In this document: piece by piece, positions 1 through 11,274 of the stretch
Layout: each line of letters opens with the position of its first letter
How positions within the stretch are numbered: position 1 is the stretch's first letter
Assembly (NCBI GenBank): GCA_044892525.1
Contig: CM097886.1
Location: forward strand, 81,654,001-81,718,000
DNA: 64,000 nucleotides
Direction: 5' to 3'
Origin: Schmidtea polychroa
Lineage: Eukaryota
Notes under the pieces: generated by a model
Databases searched by the model: none
What the model was told of the DNA's origin: nothing
What the model saw: the letters and a program-made list of their open reading frames with translations, nothing else
Program-made: the position numbers and the translations under genes

Positions 1-70
1 CTCTTTTGTTTAATTTTGCCACTCCACCGAAACCGGCTTCGTCTTCGGGGTTCGTCCAAATCTTCTCCAT
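1..70 (-). CDS. Maverick integrase, N-terminal 23 codons (truncated by window edge)
   Basis: Reads MEKIWTNPEDEAGFGGVAKLNKR, matching the copy B integrase start at 14304. Confidence 0.8.
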   Translation of the reverse strand, partial: MEKIWTNPEDEAGFGGVAKLNKR

Positions 71-131
71 TACAACAAGAAGATTTAATATTAAATTTAA
101 TGTCTGGTAATGAAGGATTAGCACCCATTGT

Positions 132-626
132 TTATGATCGACTTCCTATTATTCCACCTAATAATGATATTGCTAAAGGTATCAATGCACCAATAAATCC
201 ACCTTGTTGTTTATATATAATTTTCCTCATTTGCTTACGATTTTTATTATTTACTAATGATAGCAAAGGTTTCCTATGTTTGCTCAATAATTGCTTTTTA
301 GATTTACTGATTTTAATTTTGCCTTTGACTACTTTAAGTATAATATTGAGTAAATCATCGACAGCATTATTTGGGAATGATTGCAAAATACTGTTTCTTT
401 TCATACTGGGTGCCTTTAACAATGTATTGAAAAACGGGAAACTCCGATGATTTTTAACAACTTTTACTTTCTTAGTGGTTTTACTTTTAGGTTTAGGTTT
501 AGGATTTTTCGAAATAAGATTCATTGCAGGAAAATTTTCTGTAATAAGTTCTTTAGATGGAGTATAACTAGTTGTTGGTGGAACTTTTGGTTGTTTTTTA
601 CTCGATATCCTTGTTTTTGAAAACAT
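132..626 (-). CDS. Lys-rich putative virion core protein with C-terminal GG|F amphipathic peptide
   Basis: Highly basic; ends KQQGGFIGALIPLAISLLGG (adenain-type xGG|F site plus amphipathic helix). Orthologous to 13721..14242. Confidence 0.65.
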   Translation of the reverse strand: MFSKTRISSKKQPKVPPTTSYTPSKELITENFPAMNLISKNPKPKPKSKTTKKVKVVKNHRSFPFFNTLLKAPSMKRNSILQSFPNNAVDDLLNIILKVVKGKIKISKSKKQLLSKHRKPLLSLVNNKNRKQMRKIIYKQQGGFIGALIPLAISLLGGIIGSRS

Positions 627-639
627 GATTTATGTGTTT

Positions 640-1278
640 TCAAATTTGTTTTGAACTTTGTTTATAAACCATGGCACCTTTTGGGTTGAAAATATCTGTT
701 TTTACCCGTATATCATCAGGACATTGTTGTGTGAAATCGAGAAATATATACCCATGAGGTATTTTCGTAGCATCTTGAAATGCATTGATAAGAAAATTAC
801 GGTTATTAGGGTATGCTTGTCGTCCAAGAAAATCAATGACAGTTGCATCTCTAGGATTCTTGAAAATAACTAAATATTGTACATTTAAATTACGTGTTCG
901 ATGTGCACCACCTTGATGAAATAGATTTTGTGTTATGAAAATAACGGTTACACCAACATGTCTGCTGATTTTTGTGAATAAATTATTAAAATCTTTTTCT
1001 TTATTGGCTTCTTGATACAAATCATCGATAATGATGACATCATCTTTCTTCAAACGACTTGACCAGTTTTTATCGAATCCCTTTACTATTTTCATGTTTT
1101 TCAATTGACAGAAACTTGATTGAGTTAATCCATGTTCTTCATCGGCGTCCCTATGCCAATAAATATTGTGGAATTTTGTTTTGAACAAATATGATTTTAG
1201 TAATTTACAAACAAATAATGTTTTTCCGCTACCACTTGGACCAACGATTTGGTATACTGCATCATTTCGTAATTCCAT
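640..1278 (-). CDS. A32/FtsK-like genome packaging ATPase
   Basis: Walker A GPSGSGKT, Walker B VIIIDD, IFITQNLF motif, RTRNLN arginine-finger region; intact 212 aa. Confidence 0.93.
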   Translation of the reverse strand: MELRNDAVYQIVGPSGSGKTLFVCKLLKSYLFKTKFHNIYWHRDADEEHGLTQSSFCQLKNMKIVKGFDKNWSSRLKKDDVIIIDDLYQEANKEKDFNNLFTKISRHVGVTVIFITQNLFHQGGAHRTRNLNVQYLVIFKNPRDATVIDFLGRQAYPNNRNFLINAFQDATKIPHGYIFLDFTQQCPDDIRVKTDIFNPKGAMVYKQSSKQI

Positions 1279-1384
1279 TTTTTAAATTTAAACTATATAA
1301 TTATTGTTTATATTGATAATTTAAATGAACTCCTTTTTAAAATAACTATATATATAACTGAGTTTTTATAATTATTTCATTAAA

Positions 1385-1876
1385 ATGCTTTCAAATATAA
1401 ATTACAGGGCAAAAGCTGATGTATCAAAAATGGTATTTCCAATGGGGAAACCACAACAACTCATCAATAGAAGTAAAAAATATCCAATAATATATTTCAA
1501 AACTGGTAAATGTAGAATTATGGGGTATAAGGAAATAATCAAAGCTAGTGAATATAATGTTTATGATTTAGAAATACAATCGATAACCGTAACTTCCGAT
1601 ATAGGTTTTTCTTGTAATTTAAATAAATTGGCTAAATTAATACCATGCTTTTACGAACCAGAATTATTTCCAGCTTTGAGATATATAAAATATAACCCTA
1701 TGTGTGTAAATATATTCGCTAGCGGTAAGATAGTAATTCTTGGAATAAAAAATATTGATTACAAATGTATAGTTGATAATATCATATCTGAAATTAAATC
1801 AATAATTGAAGGAAATGAATTTTTAGATTTTTTATTATCACTTAATTATTTATCATTGCAAATTCAATGCAATTGA
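1385..1876 (+). CDS. Compact TATA-binding-protein-like protein (copy A)
   Basis: Two TBP-type repeats: IIYFKTGKCRIMG and IQSITV...YEPELFPAL...IFASGKIVILG. Confidence 0.8.
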   Translation: MLSNINYRAKADVSKMVFPMGKPQQLINRSKKYPIIYFKTGKCRIMGYKEIIKASEYNVYDLEIQSITVTSDIGFSCNLNKLAKLIPCFYEPELFPALRYIKYNPMCVNIFASGKIVILGIKNIDYKCIVDNIISEIKSIIEGNEFLDFLLSLNYLSLQIQCN

Positions 1877-1966
1877 AATGCATGATTCTGATTGGTCGAA
1901 ATCTAATTGGCTGATGATTATTTATAACAAAATGTTTTCGGTTTAGTTGTCATTTATTCAACAAAA

Positions 1967-2380
1967 ATGTACAACATACAAAGTTCCGCAATCACCTCAA
2001 TGAAAGAGCATGCAAATTATGGTAATTTCAAATTTTTATTATTACATTAATATATATATATATTTTTTACAGATGAATATCAATCAATTATCCTGCAAAG
2101 ATTATGCTTCTATTATCCAGAATTAAATGAAATTCTACAAGATAGAGATCCAGCTATCATTCCGGATTTGGTATACAACCAAACACGAATCTGGATATTC
2201 GATATAATAAACACCTTTCTATGGGATATCAAGATAGGAAGGGTGATGAAAGAAATAAAACCAGAGGTTCCTTGCATTTTCGGATGTAGCTGTTGCAATT
2301 TCCGTAATCAATAATATGTTGAATGGTGTTTGGTGAAGACTCTGAGAAATCACCACTCGAGTCAGATTGTATCAAAATAA
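1967..2380 (+). pseudogene. Spliced Maverick accessory gene with FGCSCC motif (intron 2022-2072; premature TAA 2312-2314)
   Basis: ATG 1967, phase-1 GT..AG intron of 51 nt; the spliced product aligns with the intact copy B gene 12047..12464. Confidence 0.7.
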
Positions 2381-2644
2381 ATTTTTATGTTGAATTGTTT
2401 TGTTTTTGTAAATCGAAATAATAGAAATAGAAAAATTAATAGTAATAGAAATAGTAATAATATAAGTAATAATAGTAATATTAGAAATAATAATAAAAAA
2501 CAATATTTATAATAAAAACATTAATGCAACATTAATGCAAATGACATGCAATTTAAACAAAGACATGCAGCAATCTGATTGGTTGATAAACAATAGTCAT
2601 AGGTATAAAAACCCTGTACCATTTCATTTTAATCATAATTCACG

Positions 2645-3064
2645 ATGACAAAGAAAATTTCAAGCACTGAAAAGCCAAACGTTGTTCCAGAACTTGTACA
2701 ACCAGTTCAAATGTCCCACAACTATAAAATGTATTTTTTAAAAAAAGAAATCAATATGAAATTGGTGTCACCGATCAAGCTAATTCCTACCCAATTTCAA
2801 TTTTTATCCGGCACGCTTTCAATGATAGATGTTAAATCTATTGATGAGGTTTTCAAACGGTTGAATACGAATCTATCTTGTAATCAACATGCATTTTTCA
2901 ACAACCGATATGCAAGATTTTATGATTCCTTTGATGAAATCAGCTTCAAAGAAAACGAAAATTGGTATATAACAATTGCAATCCAAGGATATAAAGTTGA
3001 TAATAATGATGTGTATTCTCCAATTTGGAAAATTATGTCTCCTAGACTTTCACAACTATTTTAA
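2645..3064 (+). CDS. Conserved Maverick accessory protein, unknown function
   Basis: 139-aa ORF preceded by an inverted CCAAT box and TATA; orthologous to 11275..11684. Confidence 0.7.
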   Translation: MTKKISSTEKPNVVPELVQPVQMSHNYKMYFLKKEINMKLVSPIKLIPTQFQFLSGTLSMIDVKSIDEVFKRLNTNLSCNQHAFFNNRYARFYDSFDEISFKENENWYITIAIQGYKVDNNDVYSPIWKIMSPRLSQLF

Positions 3065-3206
3065 TGTTATATTTAATAAATGTATTAGTCATATTTGTTT
3101 TATTCTATTTATTAACAAAGAAATTGCAACATTAATGCAAATGACATGCAAATTTAACAAAGACAATCTATAAACAAACTTATAATATAGTTTTAAAGTG
3201 TTAATA

Positions 3207-3570
3207 ATGACTACAGAAAAAGGTTAACATGATTAATTAATTTCCAAATTATTAATTATTTAGAATTATTAATCAACTTTTTGTTGGAAAAATTAGCTGA
3301 AATAGCTGGGGAAAAATTGAGGATATATTATCAGTTGCAAACGCATTAAATATCGGCTGGGTAGTTGAGAGTCAAGATTCAGGATTTGATGATCAGGAAG
3401 AAACTCAAGAAACTGATACTCAAGAAATTGATGAGGAAATCTATGAACCTATAGATGAACCTAAAGATACGGAAAATATTACGAATGAGTGCAACGATTG
3501 TGTAGATCATGTCGTTGAAAATGTAATGAAATGTGGAGATGATGATTGCGAATGTGTTAATAAATTTTAA
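3207..3570 (+). pseudogene. Spliced acidic, Cys-tailed accessory gene (intron 3223-3263; 1-nt frameshift)
   Basis: MTTEK-E-LLINFLLEKL after removing a 41-nt phase-1 intron; homologous to intact 10778..11142. Confidence 0.65.
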
Positions 3571-3614
3571 AATTGAATTATTTTCATTTAAATATACTAT
3601 TAAAAACAATAACA

Positions 3615-4134
3615 TTAATTTTTATTCATATATCTACCGAAAATATACATTATAACAACTCCAGTTGTAAGTTTTATATAGTTTTTCATTTTTCTTTTGA
3701 TTTCATCAGTTTCTTTAACATTGCAGGCCAGTTTATTTAATACACCCCATCCGCCATTGGCTTCTATCCATGGGGTAAACTTGGACTTGATTATCTAGAA
3801 ATGAATATTATTAAAATATAGATTATAAAAGTATTACTTCTTGAGACCACTGATAATAATGTTCTGAGTCATGTTGACCTTTTGCAATGATTATCTTCAT
3901 GTAGGTGAATCCTACAATTATCCTTGTCCATTTCATGTCTTCATCGAAAAGACACTGAAATATTCTATTGAAGTAATACTTCTTGGTTTCCAGGGATTCA
4001 ATCTCCATCATCTGCTGATAATCGCTTATGTTCACCTTCAATGATTTGTTCAGTTCGATTGAACAGGAAATTGAGGCTGTCGACTATATTCCATGAACAA
4101 TTCCGTTTAGAACATTTTCACTAAATTGAGACAT
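3615..4134 (-). pseudogene. Bcl-2-family homolog, spliced (intron 3795-3837), two compensating frameshifts in exon 1
   Basis: BH1-like LFDEDMKWTRIIVGF, BH2 WIEANGGW, C-terminal hydrophobic tail anchor. Confidence 0.8.
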
Positions 4135-4367
4135 TTCTAAAATAATTTAAAATATAATGTTTTATTTATACTAATACCGTATGATTCTGATTGGTTGATA
4201 GACTATAAATGTAAAAGAAAGGTTTTGATTTGATACACCAGGAAAACTATATGCATATTGCTAATTATTATAACGAGTGTGTGCTAACACAATACTATAA
4301 ATTTTATAATATTCGACTATGTTTTTAGTTAACCATGATTTGTGATAGAAATTTGAAATTATATAAC

Positions 4368-4446
<79 letters not shown>
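4368..4446. repeat. (AAT)n microsatellite (second run at ~4591-4636)
   Basis: Direct inspection. Confidence 0.98.
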
Positions 4447-4449
4447 TTA

Positions 4450-4588
4450 AATTTAGAAAATATGTGTTTTATTACATTGTTTAATAATATCATTGTACCC
4501 TTGAGAGTTGTTGAGTGTGAGCAGTACCCTTGTGAGCATTACCCATAGGGGGACAAAATATTTTGTCGGATAGACTCGGAGTATATAG

Positions 4589-4637
<49 letters not shown>

Positions 4638-5045
4638 TATCAATAGATAGATCTTATACTAGACTTTAAGATGAGCTATCGATGAGAACACTAACTTGTT
4701 GCATGTGTGGACACTAATAATATTTTTATACATTGTGTGTGACCATAGGGGGACAGAATATCTTGTCGGATAGACTATATATACAAAGTATGTGCAATAA
4801 TTTTATTTTGTCAATTTAATCGTCAAAATCAGTTTTTAAAATAAATTTAAAATTTAAAATACCGCAACGTAATATATTTAATAATTAAATTTTAAAATAC
4901 CGCAACGTAAAAAAAAATTTTTTTTTTTTAATTTTAAAAAAAAACCCTCCCCCGGTGCGGGGGGTGGGGGTATGGCGTCATTTCCTTTGTGACGTCATCG
5001 ATGACGTCATAGTTCTTTGTTCCCGGCTCCACACATTACCCTACT
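4450..5045 (-). repeat. Probable terminal (TIR) region of Maverick A
   Basis: Internal direct repeats (~4543/4742; 4858/4896), a GC-rich block and the palindrome TGACGTCATCGATGACGTCA. Minus strand begins AGTAG at 5045, resembling AGTAGT Maverick termini. The partner TIR is not in the window. Confidence 0.5.
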
Positions 5046-5997
5046 ATAATGTTATTTATATATTTATTTTTTAAATTTATAAATTAATGATATATTGATT
5101 AAATAATGTTATATTAATTCTTATAAATTACCCCTATGATATTTTATCGATAAAAATCTATATTAATATTACCTTTAAATACCAATTAGAAAGAAATATT
5201 GCTTAAAAAATTAAAGATATAATTTGATTAATCACCAACCCCCTCATAACCACTTATATATGACTATTCATATTAGTCTTGCATACTATTTATAAAATGT
5301 ACAAATACCCTATATAGAAATATTAATTTAGTATTACCTATATATACTACTTATAAATATATACCTTTGATAAATTTTTCAATTCATAATCTTACAGATT
5401 ACCAACTCATTTTCAGCTATCCAATGCTACTTATATACCCTATTTATAGTATTTATACGTTCTAGATTAACATTAGGATATTCCATATATGAATATTCGT
5501 ATTAATATTACTTACATATACTAATCATGAATATACACTTCTTAAAAATTTAACAAAGCATAATTATATAGACCCCCCCCGATTACTCGTCTATAACTAT
5601 CCATAGTAATATTATTTATATACCTATTACTTATAAATTTATAAACCATAATTTGGTAAGTTAACCCTATAGTATCTTATATCCCATTATTCATACTACT
5701 TATATATACTACCCATTAATCTGCATTTCTGGTAAAAATTTATAATTTGTGATTTTATAAATTGCCCTCATAACCATCAATATATAGCCGTTCATAATAA
5801 TATTAGTGTATATATCATTTAAAAAATTTATTTTACAAATTCACCCTATAATATCCTATTGATAAATTTTCATATTAATATTACTGAGATATACTGTTTG
5901 TAAATACATGCTTCCGAGAAATTATAAATTCCAATCACACCCCCTAATTTTTTTTACAACTTATACCCTACACTTACATTTATACTACTGATATGTA

Positions 5998-6977
5998 TAC
6001 ACCTAACCGCGAAAGTTAACATTGTCTATAATATAAGTTGGTGTGCACACCACCTGAGGTGAGTCACCAATTATATGACAATGTTAACTTAATTTCATTT
6101 ATTCAATTTTCCAAAAATCGTTTAAAGGTAAGTTTTTGCATTGAAGTAATTTTTAGGACTTGAATTTTGATTTTATATAATTATGAGATCATTATTCAAG
6201 TTCTTAAATATTACTGTTAGTCAGCATTTATAATATTGATAATATATAACATTGATAATTAAATTTCAGGTGTTTTTTAGGAATTTTATGGTATTTTATT
6301 TGGATTTATTTGGATTTATTTCGTAAAAATGTAAGTTAGATATTTTTATAATTATAAATATGTAAAGTAATCACTAAACATTTATTTTTTAAAGACATTT
6401 AGTAAAGAATGGATAAAATATTTTTTAAGTTTTTGTAATCTTCTTTCGAATTTTGTCTATTTCTGTAATTCTATGAAAATATTAATTTGTTAAAATAATT
6501 TATTAAAATTTACGATTTGCGATGTTTTTCCTGCAAATTCAAAGATGTCGAAGGATCTTCTTCAATATCTGTAAATCTAAAGAAATTTTATATTCTAAAT
6601 TATTTTATAATTAAATCTTACGATGTATTTACTTCTTTTTCCCTAAAGCTCAACGTAGAGCAGTCGGAATCTGATTCAAAAGTTTTTTTGTACATAATTT
6701 TTTAAATAATTTTAAAATATTGATATGTTAATTATATGTTAATCAATCTGAATTTCGCATGAAAAACACTTTACTTAATTTTGTATGTATTTTTCATTAT
6801 GTGTGCTGTGCTTGTATGCTTAATTATTTTCTCTCACTTTTTAGATTCCTATAATAAATATGTTAAATTTCGCGGCATTAAATTTCTACACACAGGTAAG
6901 TTTGTGTGTTCCTATAATATATATTTATTGATTTTTTTTTAGATTATAGATAATGTTATATTTCGCGGTTAGGTGTA
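5998..6977. mobile_element. 980-bp non-autonomous TIR element (Tc1/mariner-like MITE)
   Basis: ~40-bp TIRs starting TACACCTAACCGCGAAA, flanked by TA at 5996-5997 and 6978-6979; no transposase. Confidence 0.75.
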
Positions 6978-7389
6978 TACTATTTATAAATGAGAAACAT
7001 AAATTTCATTCCGACAAATTACCCCCCTCCTTTTTAACTTATATTTGGCATATCCAACATTACTGAAATATATTACTTACAAAATTATAACTTATTTGCA
7101 TATTAGTTATATATACTACTAGGCCTATATTACTTATAAAATTACAACTTATTTGCATATTAATTATATATACTACTAGGCCTATATTACTTACAAAATA
7201 ACTTATTAATTACATATATCTCTATGTCTATAGTGCCTATAAACTTTACCAGTTAGTTATCTACCTTAAATCCATATCTCAATTATGCATACCCAAATCC
7301 CCTCGGACTGTTAACAAACACATTAATACATTTCCTATAAAGTCTACTAATAATATAAAATGAGAAGGTATTGGTGATAAAATAATTAA

Positions 7390-7700
7390 ATCTAACGTTT
7401 TTATTCTTTAACAATAAATACCCTCACCGAAAAAGAAAATTGTATAAAAGAATTTATTAACAACAAACAACTGATATTTATTTGAAAATCTGCTTCCGAG
7501 CTTCACTAAAATAAATCCCAAGGCGCCATTGAGAGGTATAATACGATTGACGAATGTAGGTCTCAAAGCTGGATTGCAATTAAACGATCTGGACGTGCCT
7601 TTAATGGACTCGACTGCCGAATGATTTTCCGATAAATTTCGCTGAGCTGGACTTGATGGGAATCTACAAACAATGGGAATATGGAAAGTAAAAATATAAA
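7390..7700 (+). pseudogene. Degenerate retroviral-type integrase fragment
   Basis: SQGAIERYN at ~7516-7542 resembles the rve (S)QG.VER.N motif; multiple stops. Confidence 0.4.
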
Positions 7701-8285
7701 CCAAACCCCATCCAACAATCAATAGTAAAATCCCTAGACGAGAAACTCATTTTTTTTGAACTTGGAAATTTTCCTCGCAAAATAAATAATTCAGAAAATT
7801 TTCAATTATCCCTCCACAACTTAAAACAAAAGTATCCATGCCATCAAGGTCAGGAAAAATTCTAAATTAATAATTAATTTTTGTTGCGTAGAATTACTCT
7901 TGACAATGATGGAAATAGTATAGTTAAAATAACTATACTTTTATAAATTTGTTAAAGTCTTATTTTTCTTATTGTAAAAATATTTTTTTTTAAATTAAAA
8001 GAACATTAACAAATTTATAAAAATACATGATTTAACTTACAGAACCAACTACTTCATAACTTTAAATGCTCAAGTTACGTAGGCAGTAGGATTTCAATTT
8101 CATTAGGTTTTGGTATACAAAGAAAAATGCTATCTTTAATTTGTTGTCGATATAGGGGTACCATACAATAGTAAGATAGCCTCAGTATTTTAAGAAATAA
8201 AGAATTATGTAGGAGGTAAAAGGGCATGATTAAAAAAAAGGCGATCGCCGGAATTGGAAAAAGCATTTATCTATAACCATTTAGA

Positions 8286-8657
8286 ATGTCGAACTCCAGA
8301 GAGCCAAGCGAAGAAGATCAATGCGAGGTGACGAATGCGCGCCTCCTCTCCAGGCACATTTGGCACCACATTCACCGATGGAGCCAGGGACTAGACCTGG
8401 ATTGTTCGAATCGGGTGATCAGGGAAGGCCCCGAGACAAATGCCCCGGTGTGGGTGAAGACCGAGCCGGATAACAATTGGCTCGTCGAGGCCCGAGATCG
8501 CACCATGGGTGCCATTGCCAGGGCACAATATGAGCTTCTTCTGATTGAGGCTCAGATCCGTGCCGTCGGAGCCGGCCGGCCAATAGAGGAGGTAGAAATG
8601 GAGCCGACGCCAGCGAAGAAACGGGGCCGACCCCGCAAGAAGGTCCTCCGAAACTGA
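8286..8657 (+). CDS. Element-borne helical protein with C-terminal AT-hook/NLS (KKRGRPRKK)
   Basis: Intact 123 aa; a degenerate homolog lies at ~44560-45055 (VPVTPKVEP... PRKRVRPRKIVL). Confidence 0.6.
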   Translation: MSNSREPSEEDQCEVTNARLLSRHIWHHIHRWSQGLDLDCSNRVIREGPETNAPVWVKTEPDNNWLVEARDRTMGAIARAQYELLLIEAQIRAVGAGRPIEEVEMEPTPAKKRGRPRKKVLRN

Positions 8658-8937
8658 AATCTCGACGATCTCAGGGAACCGCCTTGCATTTTGTTTTGAT
8701 TTTAGTGATTTTATCGCGACCCCTGACTAACATTTTACTTCATAAACGTCTTGTTTTTTTTTGTTTTGTTATGTTAATCTGGGTGTTATTATCTTAATAA
8801 TCGACTTTACGGAAAAATTATAATCACCCCTTAGGGTTATATCCCTCTCAGATGGGCGTAGTTGCCAGACATGGTTACCAAAGTTTTGTCTCATAGGGGC
8901 CTGCAAATATAACGAAATAAAATATGGTAAAAGTCGG

Positions 8938-9398
8938 TTGATTATATATTTCAATTCAGTGTATAAACTATTCGAAGGCCTCCGGAAGGACAGGGAGCAG
9001 GCGCAGCAGCAGGCCGAGCGACTACAACTCAGCGTCAACCAGTTCAAAGAACGTTGCCGGAATATGGAGCAGACTTTGATTCGCCCCGAGGTGGCGCACA
9101 AGTATTTAAAACAGATTGAGCAGCTGCAGCTCCAGAACACCCAAGATAAAACGAAATACGAGCCCTGAAACTACAGATGCGGGCCATGGAGACCAAATTA
9201 AATCAACGGACCATCTACGACCATGTCACGGCAGCCATCCGGTCCATGGCTATAGAACTGGCCGAAATGCACCCACCCAAGCCCAAGGCCAAGCGAAAAC
9301 GGTTAGGCCGAGATGGTCGTGAGCGGCTCAAACGACTGAGGCTAGCAGAACAAAGGCTAAAAGAAGAGGCAACAAAGTCAGTACCGCTTAACAGTTAA
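8938..9398 (+). pseudogene. Element-borne coiled-coil/basic ORF (split over frames)
   Basis: KLFEGLRKDREQAQQQ is homologous to KLIEEMRRDRERAQQQ at ~45400. Confidence 0.5.
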
Positions 9399-9514
9399 TG
9401 TACAGGACCGGTGGATATAAATAAAATTGTAGATAGTTGAGGTTGAATTCTTGTATGTTGAATGATGAAGATGAGTGATGAGATGTGCATGGCGTTTTTG
9501 GGAAAACAATAGAA

Positions 9515-9741
9515 GGGACCAATGAAATCGGACACAAATATTCTACCGATAGTCCGTGGACCCAAAGAGTACTCGACAATTATAGTGCAAGTAGTGCGCT
9601 CACTTTTTGCGAGTACTCACCCAGTTGACACATTACCAACGGTGATCGCTCATCGAGTGTCAATTGGCAAAATCAAGCTTGTATTCTGGGTTACGCTGGA
9701 AACAGCACGAAAGGGTGAGATGTCTGACCACCTGTAACCCA
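9515..9741 (+). ncRNA. Conserved structured RNA module at element 3' end (also 45724-45956, 52895-53123, ~58012-58258)
   Basis: Four stems with compensatory substitutions across the copies (see findings). Confidence 0.7.
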
Positions 9742-10186
9742 ATAATCATGCTTCTTATCAATAATTTTCATATTATTTTTATTTTCAACAATAGAGTTAT
9801 TGAAAACTTCAATATGATCAATCAATTTAATTTTTATATTTTGTATATATGCAAATGATAGTTCATAACTGTTTTCTAAATTCTCCAATCTTTGAGATAT
9901 TCTTTTTCCTGGATGCTTTGACCATTTTGGTTTGTCGAGAATATATAAAATATCCACCAACTTGGCTGTATTCGGACAAACACATATTGATTTATTAAAA
10001 GACTCCACTGTTATTGTTGTATTGTGTGAGCACAGAGCACACACTCGTTATAATAATTAGCAATAGGAATATAGTTTTCATGGTGTATCAAATCAAAACC
10101 TTTCTTTTACATTTATAGTCTATCAACCAATCAAAATCATACGGTATTAGTATAAATAAAACATCATATTTTAAATTATTGTAGAA

Positions 10187-10707
10187 ATGTCTCATTTTAT
10201 GGAAAATCTTTTAAGCGAACTTATCAACAAGAAGATTATGGAAAGCCTCAGTTTCCTGGTCGATCGGACCGAAAAGATTATAGAAGGAAATCATATTGAT
10301 TATGAGGATGTGCTCAATTCCGATTGTCTCGAAACGAAAAAATTCTATTTTAATAGGATTTTTAACTGCCTATGCGACGAAGAGATGAAGTGGACCTGAA
10401 TACTAGTAGGGTTTGCTTATATGAAGATTATAATCGAAAAAAGTTTATGGGACTCTGAACATTATTATCAGTGGTTTCAAGAAGTAATACTTTTATAATC
10501 TATATTTTATTAATATATATTTTCTAGATAATCAAGTCAAAGTTTCAACCATGGATTGAAGCCAATGGCGGATGGGGCGTACTGAATCAACTCGCCAGAT
10601 ATGCGAAGGAAATAGATCAACAGAAAATGAAATTTAAAAACTATATAAAACTTGCAACAGGTGTTGCTATTTTGTATGCTTTATCGCGATTTTTAAATAA
10701 AAATTAA
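10187..10707 (+). pseudogene. Bcl-2-family homolog, spliced (intron 10484-10527), one nonsense codon (10397-10399)
   Basis: Spliced 158-codon frame: BH1-like LCDEEMKWT*ILVGF (R in copy A), BH2 WIEANGGW, tail YIKLATGVAILYALSRF. CCAAT (~10126) and TATAAA (10151) upstream. Confidence 0.82.
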
Positions 10708-10777
10708 TATAGTTATTTTGTTTGATTTTTAAATAAAATTTTAAATAAATTTACAAACACTAATTGACTAAGATTTA

Positions 10778-11142
10778 TTAATTAACACATTCGCAGTCGT
10801 CATCTCCACATTTCATTATATTTTCAACGACATGATCAATACAATCATTCGTAATATTATCTTTAGGTTCATCTTTAGGTTCCTCTATAGGTTCCTCTAT
10901 AGGTTCATCTATAGGTTCATAGATTTCCTCATCAATTTCTTGAGTTTCTTCCTCATCATCAAATCCTGTATCTTGACTCTCAACTATCCAGCCAATATTA
11001 AAGGCATTTGTAATAGATAATATGTCCTCAATTTTCACACCAGCTATTTCTGCTAACTTTTCCAACAAAAAGTTGATTACAAATTCTAAATAATAAATAA
11101 TTCAGTAATTAATTAATCATGTTAACCTTTTTCTGCAGTCAT
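10778..11142 (-). CDS. Spliced acidic, Cys-tailed accessory protein (intron 11086-11126)
   Basis: MTAEK-E-FVINFLLEKL after a 41-nt phase-1 intron at the same position as in copy A. Confidence 0.7.
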
Positions 11143-11274
11143 TTTCATCACTTTAAAACTATATTATAAGTTTGTTTATAGATTTTCTTTGTTAAATTTG
11201 CATGTCATTTGCATTTATGTTGCAATTAATAAAGAGAAAAACAAATATAACTAATACATTTATTAAATATAACA

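Larger units (their letters stand above)
1..5045 (-). mobile_element. Maverick/Polinton (adintovirus-like) copy A, terminal arm; continues off the left window edge
   Basis: Contains the integrase N-terminus, core-like ORF, packaging ATPase and accessory genes, colinear in mirror image with copy B (10020-14924). Ends in a GC-rich terminal segment near 4950-5045. Confidence 0.85.
7882..9744 (+). mobile_element. Long solo-LTR-like element, copy 1 (left end uncertain)
   Basis: Shares two ORFs and the 3' structured module with 42998..45956; ends GTAACCCAATA; possible start TGTTGCGTAGAA at 7882; no TSD seen. Confidence 0.55.

Noticed and set aside
16-450. Antisense ORFs overlapping real genes (e.g. 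16..450, 12576..12959, 25397..25915, 59722..59973)
   Set aside because: Shadow frames of coding sequence on the other strand, with no motifs of their own.
9575-9615. Resemblance of CAAGTAGTGC...TTTTTG to a dicistrovirus IGR IRES
   Set aside because: The words are not conserved in copies 2 and 4, I could not build the pseudoknots, and no ORF follows.
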